Made by a program: the position numbers and the translations under genes. A DNA stretch of 64,000 nt from Candidatus Brocadiia bacterium (GTDB taxonomy: Bacteria; Planctomycetota; Brocadiia; CAIUPP01): NCBI GenBank assembly GCA_050015075.1, contig JBEKCB010000007.1:109747-173746 (forward strand). The letters run 5' to 3'. Below are positions 48,441 through 56,052 of this stretch, in pieces (position 1 is the stretch's first letter; each line of letters opens with the position of its first letter). The notes under the pieces are model-generated. The model was not told the DNA's origin and made no database searches. It saw only the letters and a list, made by a program, of their open reading frames with translations.

Positions 48441-51053
48441 ATGTCATGCCGGTGGTTGAGGAACCTGATGGACAACGGGCTTGCTTCCTGGTTCAGAATA
48501 TGGCACCCGCGGTATCGGGGCATTCTGGTTCAACTGGCCGTCGCCGCCGCGATTGCCGCCGCGCTCTTATACGTCCAGCAGGGTTTGCTCGACCTTCTGA
48601 CGCTGTCGCTGGCGTCCAACCCTGCGGCGCCCGCCGAGTCGGGCGAGCATGCGGACAAGGCGCTGACGGTCCTCTCGAATGATGCCGCCTCGCTGGGCCT
48701 CACGCCGGCATCGCTGCCGCTGCTCGTCCTGGGACTCTTCATCCTGGTGGCGGTCGTCGCGAGCGCAATAGACTACTGGAAAGTGCGCGTGACGGGCCGG
48801 CTGAGAGTCCGAAGCGAAGATGACCTGGAAGCCGAGATCCTCGCGCACCTGCTGCGGCAGGACGACGCGTTCTTCGCCCGCCATTCGCCCTCCGAGACGG
48901 TCAATCGCCTGGCGGTGGATGTGTACCGGACGACCGAAAACCGGCCGAACCTGATGCTCGCCGTGGCCTCGGTCGCCCTCATCGTCAGCAGCCTGGGCTA
49001 CTTTGTGCAGAAGGACTGGCGGCTGGCGGCGGTGGCTTTCGGAGGCTGCGTCGCGGGCGCCCTGTGGACCTTCCACATGACCAAGCGCGTCAAGGACATG
49101 GACGCCAGCTACCTCCGCTCCGACGACCGGGTCAAATCGCACTTCGAGGATTGCCTGAGAGCGTCTCCGGAGATCCAGGTCGGCGACCTCCATCGCAAGG
49201 TCCGCCGGCATTTTGAGGAGGTCCAGGAGGACCGCACGCAGACGTATCTGCGCTATGTGGGCCTCAACGCGGCGCTGAGCGTGGGCAGCACGGTGTGGTA
49301 CTTGCTGGCATTCATCGCCATGATCTTCGTCGCCCTGCACCTGCGAGGGAGCAGCGGCGAGAACTCGTCGCTGGCCCTGGTCCCGGTGGTGATCTGGGCG
49401 TTGCCGCGCCTGTTCAACAGCGCCTCGTCGCTGGTCTTCCTCAACCTGCAGTTCCAGCTCGCCCGGACCAGCATGAAGCGGCTGCTGGAATACGAGGCCC
49501 TCGCGTCGCCGCCGCCGGCGGGGCAGGCGCAGACGCGCGCCGGCGAGGAAATCGCTCGCGTGGAACCGATCCGCGCCGACCGGGTTACCTATCGGTACGC
49601 AGCCGCCGACGGCACGCAACAAGTCGGCCTGTCGGAGGTCAGCGCCACGTTCGTCCCCGGCCAGTGGACGGCGCTGGTGGGCACAGCCGGCTCGGGCAAG
49701 TCCACCTTGCTCAGGCTGCTGCTCCGGCGGGCCAAGCCGCATGAGGGCGAAATCTTTTACGGCGACCGGCCGCTTCAATCGCTTTCCGACCGGCAACTCG
49801 CCGATCTCCTATCCGTCATGCCCCAGTCGGTGGCGCTGCTGGATGCCGCGATTGGGGAGAACCTGCTGTTCGGCAGAGCCGCGCCCGCCGGCCGGACCTC
49901 GCCCGAGCTGACCGACGCGGACCTCGAAGTGGTGGAAAGCGCGGGCCTCGCAAAGGTCTGCCGGCTTAAAGCGCTCGACATGCTTCCGGAAAAGGAACGC
50001 GGTTGCGCGGAGTTGGCCGGAGGAATCGCGGAGACCCGGAACCGGCTTCGCGAGCGGCTGCGGAAGGAATGCGGCGCGGTCATTCTGCCGTTCGAGGAAG
50101 GCCGCGCGGACGCGAAACACTGGGTGCTCGAGCACCTGTTGAACGGGCGGTGCGACCGTGAAAAGGCCGCGCGGATCCTGCTGCATAAGACGCGCGCCGG
50201 CAGCTTGAAGGCGCTGCCCGGAACGCCGCTGGGCGTCGAACTCGTCCGCGCCGGGCGGGCGGTCCTGCAGCAAAACCGCCACCTGCTCCAGATCCCCAAC
50301 TTCCACGTCTACTGTCAACTGGCCCCGTCGGCGATTGACGAGAGGGTCTGGCAACTGCGGTCGTCCAGCGTCGCGCTCGCCGACGGCGCCGCGCTGTCAA
50401 CGGCGGAAACCCTGGCCTTCTGCGTGATCGCTTTGACGAGTTGCCCGTCCGAGTTCGCGGGCGCCGAAGGTTCCAGAGACTGGGGCAACCCGGACTTCAA
50501 GAACGAGTGCGCCGGGACGATCGCCGGGCTTAGAGAGATGCTCGGCGACGCCTGTAAGGGGTTCGACATCGGCGCGATTCATCCGAACCTGACCTGGCGC
50601 GAGAACCTCATCTTCGGCGTGGTGCAGTCGCAGAACGTCCGAACGCGCCGCCTGGCGGACGAGGCCGTCCTGAACTTCGTCGAGCAGGACGGGCTGCGGC
50701 AGGCGTTCACGCGGCTCGGGCTCGAATTCGGCATCGGCCGCCTCGGCGGCAACCTCTCGGGCGGGCAGCGGCAGCTCGTCGCCTTATGCCGCTCGCTCCT
50801 GCGGCGGACTCCGGTGCTCGTCCTCGACGAGCCGACCTCCGCCCTGGACCCGGCCAGTTGCTCCGCGGTCCTGGCGCTGCTTCACGCCTGGAAGATGAAC
50901 CGGATCCTCATCACGGTGAGTCATGACGTGGAGCTGATGCGGCATGCCGACGTCATCCAGGTGATGGATGGAGGCCGTTTGGTCGCGAAGGGTTCCTTCC
51001 CGGAATTGGAGGCGGGGTCCGACGTTTTCCGCAAGATCCTGCGACAGACATGA
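48441..51053 (+). CDS. ABC exporter (TMD plus NBD) with a large insertion inside the NBD
   Basis: TM domain, GTAGSGKS, MPQ Q-loop; LSGGQRQ, VLVLDEPT and VSH follow only after a long insert. Confidence 0.88.
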   Translation: MSCRWLRNLMDNGLASWFRIWHPRYRGILVQLAVAAAIAAALLYVQQGLLDLLTLSLASNPAAPAESGEHADKALTVLSNDAASLGLTPASLPLLVLGLFILVAVVASAIDYWKVRVTGRLRVRSEDDLEAEILAHLLRQDDAFFARHSPSETVNRLAVDVYRTTENRPNLMLAVASVALIVSSLGYFVQKDWRLAAVAFGGCVAGALWTFHMTKRVKDMDASYLRSDDRVKSHFEDCLRASPEIQVGDLHRKVRRHFEEVQEDRTQTYLRYVGLNAALSVGSTVWYLLAFIAMIFVALHLRGSSGENSSLALVPVVIWALPRLFNSASSLVFLNLQFQLARTSMKRLLEYEALASPPPAGQAQTRAGEEIARVEPIRADRVTYRYAAADGTQQVGLSEVSATFVPGQWTALVGTAGSGKSTLLRLLLRRAKPHEGEIFYGDRPLQSLSDRQLADLLSVMPQSVALLDAAIGENLLFGRAAPAGRTSPELTDADLEVVESAGLAKVCRLKALDMLPEKERGCAELAGGIAETRNRLRERLRKECGAVILPFEEGRADAKHWVLEHLLNGRCDREKAARILLHKTRAGSLKALPGTPLGVELVRAGRAVLQQNRHLLQIPNFHVYCQLAPSAIDERVWQLRSSSVALADGAALSTAETLAFCVIALTSCPSEFAGAEGSRDWGNPDFKNECAGTIAGLREMLGDACKGFDIGAIHPNLTWRENLIFGVVQSQNVRTRRLADEAVLNFVEQDGLRQAFTRLGLEFGIGRLGGNLSGGQRQLVALCRSLLRRTPVLVLDEPTSALDPASCSAVLALLHAWKMNRILITVSHDVELMRHADVIQVMDGGRLVAKGSFPELEAGSDVFRKILRQT

Positions 51054-51514
51054 ACACAACGGTCCTCAGCGTGGCCGAACGCATGCAGGCGCTCGGCAGA
51101 TGTCCCGCCTTCGCGCGGGTCCCGGCCGGCGACCTGAGCGTATTGGCGGAAATGGTCGAGACGGAGCGGCTCGCCGAGGGCGAAATCCTCTTCGAAACAG
51201 GCGAGCCGAGCACGAGCGTCTACGTGATCGCGGCCGGCGCGATGGGAGTCTGGCTTCCCGGCCGGCCCGAACCGGTGCGCAGGCTGGGCGCCGGCGACCT
51301 GCTGGGCGAATACGGGATGTTCTCGCGCCAGGGCCGCACCGCCACCGTCAAGGCTGAAACGCCGGCGGTGCTGCTCTCGCTGGACTACCCGCGCTTTCGC
51401 GCTTTCCTCGTGCAGTTTCCCGAGTCCGCGCTGGTGCTGCTGGAGATCGCCGTCCATCGTCTGACGGCGGCCGAAGCCGGCGACGGCGCCAATGGACGGG
51501 CCAGACATGAGTAG
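51050..51514 (+). CDS. Cyclic nucleotide-binding domain protein
   Basis: GEILFETGE, YVIAAG, GDLLGE, RTATVKA. ATGA-coupled to the ABC gene. Confidence 0.9.
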   Translation: MNTTVLSVAERMQALGRCPAFARVPAGDLSVLAEMVETERLAEGEILFETGEPSTSVYVIAAGAMGVWLPGRPEPVRRLGAGDLLGEYGMFSRQGRTATVKAETPAVLLSLDYPRFRAFLVQFPESALVLLEIAVHRLTAAEAGDGANGRARHE

Positions 51515-52187
51515 TTCGGAATCCATCCTTCAGACCTATCTCGGACTTCTTCCGGCTTCCCCGGAGAGCGGCGTTTTGCGCCTGCTGGTGCAACTGGGCA
51601 TCCAGGTCGTCGGCGCGGACGAGGGATCGCTGCTGGTGCTCGACGAGAAATCGCGTTCACTCGTCTTCGCCATGACCGCCGGCGACCGTGTCTCCGAAAA
51701 AACGCTCATGGGCCAGCGCGTGCCTCTGGGCAAGGGGATCACCGGCCTGGCGGCGGCCACGCACGAGGTGCAGATCGGCGCGCCGACCTACAAGGATATC
51801 CGGCAGACCCGCCGGCGCGGCCGCCCCGCGGGCGCGCCCGAGGCGGTGATCGCGGCGCCGATGCTCATCGGCGACACGCTCATCGGGGTCATCACCTGCG
51901 TCAGCTTCAAGAAGGGAAAGCGCTTCGGCGCTGACGACGCGCGGCTCTATGCGGGGCTCGCCTCCATCGCGGGAGTCGTGGTGGACCAGTGCAGGCGGTT
52001 GTCGGCCGCCGGCGCGGGCCGCGGCGCGCGGGCGTCGCTGAAAGCGTTGGGAGAAATCGGAACGGTCGAGCGGGAGATCGCGCAGTCCATCGCGCGACTG
52101 TCGCGGAAGCGCCCCGAGGCCTTGACGTGCGTCGCGCAGATTCTGAAGTCCGTCGAACGGATCTCTCTTTCCAGCGGCGGAGGATAA
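51507..52187 (+). CDS. GAF domain protein
   Basis: GSLLVLDEKSRSLVF, VPLGKGITG, IAAPMLIGDTLIGVI. Confidence 0.85.
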   Translation: MSSSESILQTYLGLLPASPESGVLRLLVQLGIQVVGADEGSLLVLDEKSRSLVFAMTAGDRVSEKTLMGQRVPLGKGITGLAAATHEVQIGAPTYKDIRQTRRRGRPAGAPEAVIAAPMLIGDTLIGVITCVSFKKGKRFGADDARLYAGLASIAGVVVDQCRRLSAAGAGRGARASLKALGEIGTVEREIAQSIARLSRKRPEALTCVAQILKSVERISLSSGGG

Positions 52188-52949
52188 GTGGCCAGATCGC
52201 GGGGATTGACGGCGGCGGTCCAGGTTCGGCCCGAGGCGCTCGGCAAGGTCAAGCTCAGGCCGGTTGAAGTGGCCATCCTCGACAGCGGGATTGACGCGGG
52301 CCACCCGGCGCTCCGCGGGCGGATCGTCGCGGCGTTCCGCGTGGAGGGCGGGCAGAGGAATCCCAAGGTCCGCCCGGCGCGGCGGAAGAACAATGACGAC
52401 TACGGCCACGGGACGGCGGTCGCCAGCATCATCGCGCGCATCGCTCCGAACGCGCGGCTGGTGGACGTCCGCGTCCTGGGGCCGGACAACCAGGGGTCCG
52501 GCGCGGCGCTGATCGAGGGGCTTCGCTTCGCCGTGGAACGCGGGTCGCGCATCATCAATATGAGCCTGGCCGCGACGGGCGAATTCGCCGCCGACCTGCA
52601 GGCCCTTTGCGAGACCGCGTATTACCAGAACCAGGTCGTCGTCGCGGCGAAAAGAAACATGCCGCTGGTGGACAACGGTTTCCCCGCGGAGTTCTCTTCC
52701 TGCATCGGCGTGGACAACCGCGCTTTTCCCTCGCCGTTCGTCTTCCGTTTCATGCCGGACCAGACCATCGAGTACGCCGCTCATGGAACCGCGGTCGCGG
52801 TCGCGGCCCCGGGCGGCGGCTACTCCACCAAGACCGGGACGAGCTTCGCCACTCCGACGATCACCGGGATCTGCGCCCGGATGCTGGGCGCTTACCCGGA
52901 TATGCGCCCGTTTGAGGTCAAGTCGCTGCTCAAGCTGTTCGCGCGGTGA
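52188..52949 (+). CDS. S8 subtilisin-family peptidase, no signal peptide
   Basis: ILDSGID, HGTAVA, GTSFATP catalytic triad. Confidence 0.92.
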   Translation: MARSRGLTAAVQVRPEALGKVKLRPVEVAILDSGIDAGHPALRGRIVAAFRVEGGQRNPKVRPARRKNNDDYGHGTAVASIIARIAPNARLVDVRVLGPDNQGSGAALIEGLRFAVERGSRIINMSLAATGEFAADLQALCETAYYQNQVVVAAKRNMPLVDNGFPAEFSSCIGVDNRAFPSPFVFRFMPDQTIEYAAHGTAVAVAAPGGGYSTKTGTSFATPTITGICARMLGAYPDMRPFEVKSLLKLFAR

Positions 52950-54172
52950 GTGGACGGACGCGGACGCGGGAACTCTTTTATCGGGACGCCGCCGTGGTCG
53001 CTGTGAACCGTTCGACTCGTTGCCGGTTCCTCTCTCGCACGCGGACCGTCATCCTTGCGGTCACGAACGACTGCAACATGGCCTGTTCGTACTGCTACCA
53101 GGACTCGCGGCTCATTCCGCGCGGAGGAAAGGCGCGACTCTTGCCCGCGGAGGTCGCCCGAGCGGCGCTTTCGGACATCGTCCGCACGACATCTTCCCGG
53201 CGCGTCGGCGTCATTTTTCACGGCGGGGAACCGACGCTGGCTCCGCAGGAATGGTATCGAGAGGTCATTGCGCCCGTTTCGCGGCTGGCCGCCAGGTCGG
53301 GCAAGAGCCTTCAGTTCCACATGCAGAGCAACGGGCAGTTGATTGACGATTCGTGGGCATCGTGTTTTCGCGCTCTGGCGATCAACGTCGGAATCAGCAC
53401 CGACGGCCCGGCCGAGGTGTCGCTGCCCTATCGGGCGGGCAGCGAGAACGCGGCGCGCGCGGTGCGCGTCATGCAGGCCTACGGACTGCGGCCCGGAGCG
53501 ATTGTGGTGGCCACGCCGCGCAACCTTCCGGTCATCGGCGATGTCATGAGCTATCTGGCCGATCTTCAGTTAGATGGTTTTCATCTCCTGCCATGGCTCG
53601 CCTTTGGACGTTCTCACGACGCCTCCGACGCCGCCTATCGGCAGATGCTCCTCGCCGGCTACATCCAGGTCGCCGAGACGCTCCTCGCAAATCCGGGCTA
53701 TCCGGTCGAGGCGCGCCTGGCTCTCTACGTTTCGCGATTTGTCGGAAAGCCGACGAGTTCGATCAAGGCCACCGGTTGTCAGAGCCTCAGAAAGCCTTGC
53801 GGCAGGCAACTGATCTACTTAGACGAAACGGGCGGCATCTATCCCTGTCAATCGCTCCATTCGGACGCCTTGGAATTCGGCCGGGCCACAGCGAATGGAA
53901 TCAGGTCGTGCACGCGGCCGGTTTTGCCTGAGGCGAGCCCGATGGCTGAGCGTCATCGCATCCGTTGCGCCCTGTGCGCGGCCGGCAGGATCTGCACTTA
54001 TGGTTGCGCTGCCGACGACGGTTCTGAGGCCGGACAGTGGCGCTGTGAATTGGCGCAAGGACTTTATGAGTACTTCCTGGCGAATACATCTCGCGCCGCG
54101 CGGCTGCACGATATCCTAAGTGAATCGCGAAACTACCGCCGGACTCGAGTCTGTAAGGACCAGGTCGCATGA
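52946..54172 (+). CDS. Radical SAM/SPASM-domain maturase 1
   Basis: CNMACSYC, FHGGEPTL, QSNG, GGIYPC, CALC...CTYGC. GTGA overlap with the S8 gene. Confidence 0.88.
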   Translation: MSGRTRTRELFYRDAAVVAVNRSTRCRFLSRTRTVILAVTNDCNMACSYCYQDSRLIPRGGKARLLPAEVARAALSDIVRTTSSRRVGVIFHGGEPTLAPQEWYREVIAPVSRLAARSGKSLQFHMQSNGQLIDDSWASCFRALAINVGISTDGPAEVSLPYRAGSENAARAVRVMQAYGLRPGAIVVATPRNLPVIGDVMSYLADLQLDGFHLLPWLAFGRSHDASDAAYRQMLLAGYIQVAETLLANPGYPVEARLALYVSRFVGKPTSSIKATGCQSLRKPCGRQLIYLDETGGIYPCQSLHSDALEFGRATANGIRSCTRPVLPEASPMAERHRIRCALCAAGRICTYGCAADDGSEAGQWRCELAQGLYEYFLANTSRAARLHDILSESRNYRRTRVCKDQVA

Positions 54173-54360
54173 AAATAAGAATCAAGGCCTTGGATGGTTC
54201 TTTCTATGAAGTCGAGGAATCGCGGCTTCAGGCGTATAAAGTTCCCGCCGAGGAAGTCGCGGGGCAGTTGCAACACTTGAAGGGTTCCTTGCGGCTGGAC
54301 CTGGCCAGGGAGTTAGATGCGCCGGTACCCAAACGGCCGCGGCGGCGCAAGAGGAGGTGA
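54169..54360 (+). CDS. Small peptide with leader-like N-terminus and EVAGQ motif; possibly a degenerate precursor
   Basis: AAGGA RBS, ATGA overlap, DGSFYEV..., EEVAGQ. Confidence 0.55.
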   Translation: MKIRIKALDGSFYEVEESRLQAYKVPAEEVAGQLQHLKGSLRLDLARELDAPVPKRPRRRKRR

Positions 54361-54434
54361 TCGCTTAGAAGCCATGCGAAGAAGAGGGTGGTGAGTGCGG
54401 TCCATGTACGATCATTTGGTTAGGAAGACAGGCC

Positions 54435-54620
54435 ATGTCATTGATTACGGTGGATGCGAAAGGCAACGTGTACCTCGTCCCCGATAATGTGCTGAAGAAG
54501 TATTGCAGGAAAGTCGGCCGGATCAGCGACAAGAAGCGCAAGGGAACCGCCCAGGTCGAAGGCCAGGACTGGTTGATTTGCCAGGCCTGGCTGAACTGTT
54601 CAGGAACCAAGGGCGGCTGA
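54435..54620 (+). CDS. Candidate RiPP precursor peptide A
   Basis: MSLITVDAKGNVYLVP...QVEGQ-DWLICQAWLNCSGTKGG. Paralog of 55855..56052. Confidence 0.8.
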   Translation: MSLITVDAKGNVYLVPDNVLKKYCRKVGRISDKKRKGTAQVEGQDWLICQAWLNCSGTKGG

Positions 54621-54640
54621 TTTCCACTGCGGAAGAACTC

Positions 54641-55819
54641 ATGGTAGCGCAGATCGCTGCGACGTCCGGAGCGTACATGAAGAAGGTGAACTGGCTTCAC
54701 CTCCGGGCGCACGACTCCTGCAACCTGTCCTGCTCGTACTGTGTCATGTCGGCGCGCCGCGGGCGCCCCGGCGCGGACGCCATGACGGCGGAACAGGCCG
54801 TTGAGATCCTGCGGCTGCTCCTGGAGCATTCGTCCGCGCCCAGGATTACGGTTGAGATTTCCGGCGGCGAGCCCCTTCTTTGCGGCAGCCGCTGGATCGC
54901 CGCCGTGTGCGGCGGGCTCCGCGCGATGGAGAGGCAGTACGCGAAGCGGCTCGATCTTTGGATCACCACGAACGGCACTCTCCTGACCGAGGAAATCATT
55001 GCGATCATCCGGGACTGCAAGGCCAAGCTTTCCGTGGGCGTGGACGCCCCGGCAGGCGTCTCGGGCGAGGTCAAGACGCTCGATCGCCGGGTCCGCAAGG
55101 GAATCGAGCTGCTCCAGAAGCTGTACGCGACGCCGGGCATCAATGCCGTGGCCACGCTGCCGGCGATGCGCCACGTCACGCGATTCATGGACGAGCTGAA
55201 GCAGATGAACATCCGAGTGTTCCGGCTCACCGCCGTCAACAGCCGGGGCCGCGCGTCGTCGGCGCCGGCGCTGCTCCCCACGGCCAAGGACGCCCTCGCC
55301 TGCACGATGCGGCTAATCCGGTACATGGACCGCTGCGGTTTCTCCATCGTTGAGGCGAGCGCGCTGGATCGCGTCTACCGTTATATGGGAGACGTGTACG
55401 AACCTAACTTCTGCAACGCTCCCGCTTGTCCGGCGGGGAGCGGATTCCTGGCGGTGGACGCAAACGGCGACGTCTATCCCTGCGGGAATGAAACGCGAGA
55501 CCGTTTCATCATGGGCAACATCTACGACGGCTTCGACGGACCGCGCAGCCGACGCGTTCTCTCCGCCTACCACGGCGAGCTTGCCCCGTTTGTCCGTTGC
55601 GTGTATTGTAAGGCCGGCCGGATATGCCATTATGGGTGTCCGGGATGCCTGCATGAAGGAGACACGAGGCATTTCGACGCGGAATGCCAATTGACGCAGA
55701 TGCTGTTCGAGCGTTTCGAGCGAAACCGCGTGGCGATTGGGGAGATATATCGAAAGGCAAAAAGCAACGCGCCGGCGTGCGGCCGCAAACAATCTTCGGG
55801 CGTTCAAGGTGAACGCTAG
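54641..55819 (+). CDS. Radical SAM/SPASM-domain maturase 2 (start may be 54677)
   Basis: CNLSCSYC, SGGEPLL, TTNG, CNAPACPAG...GDVYPC, CVYC...CHYGCP. Confidence 0.9.
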   Translation: MVAQIAATSGAYMKKVNWLHLRAHDSCNLSCSYCVMSARRGRPGADAMTAEQAVEILRLLLEHSSAPRITVEISGGEPLLCGSRWIAAVCGGLRAMERQYAKRLDLWITTNGTLLTEEIIAIIRDCKAKLSVGVDAPAGVSGEVKTLDRRVRKGIELLQKLYATPGINAVATLPAMRHVTRFMDELKQMNIRVFRLTAVNSRGRASSAPALLPTAKDALACTMRLIRYMDRCGFSIVEASALDRVYRYMGDVYEPNFCNAPACPAGSGFLAVDANGDVYPCGNETRDRFIMGNIYDGFDGPRSRRVLSAYHGELAPFVRCVYCKAGRICHYGCPGCLHEGDTRHFDAECQLTQMLFERFERNRVAIGEIYRKAKSNAPACGRKQSSGVQGER

Positions 55820-55854
55820 AGCTTCCTTAGAAAACTCGAGAAAGGAGACGTACA

Positions 55855-56052
55855 ATGGCCGGTGTCATTGCCGTTGATCGAAAAGGCATTGTCTATCTGA
55901 TTCCGCAGGCCATCCTGACCAAGCATTGTAAGAAAGTCGGGTGGCTGAGCGAGAAGAAACGGAAAGTGCCGGGCAGAGGTCAAGTCCAGGGACAGGGAGA
56001 TGATTGGCTCGCCTGCCAGGCATGGGTTAATTGTTCATTGCATCCTAAATGA
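55855..56052 (+). CDS. Candidate RiPP precursor peptide B
   Basis: AAGGAG RBS. MAGVIAVDRKGIVYLIP...QVQGQ-GDDWLACQAWVNCSLHPK. ATGA-coupled to the B12-rSAM gene. Confidence 0.82.
   Translation: MAGVIAVDRKGIVYLIPQAILTKHCKKVGWLSEKKRKVPGRGQVQGQGDDWLACQAWVNCSLHPK

Noticed and set aside
54326-54368. Programmed -1 frameshift or pyrrolysine readthrough in the first peptide
   Set aside because: The C-CCA-AAC heptamer is not in the reading frame needed for slippage, and there is no evidence of pyl genes. Mutational decay is simpler.
52946-55819. Anaerobic sulfatase maturases or PqqE/MftC
   Set aside because: No sulfatase, pqq or mycofactocin genes are nearby; the adjacent conserved short peptides are better substrate candidates.
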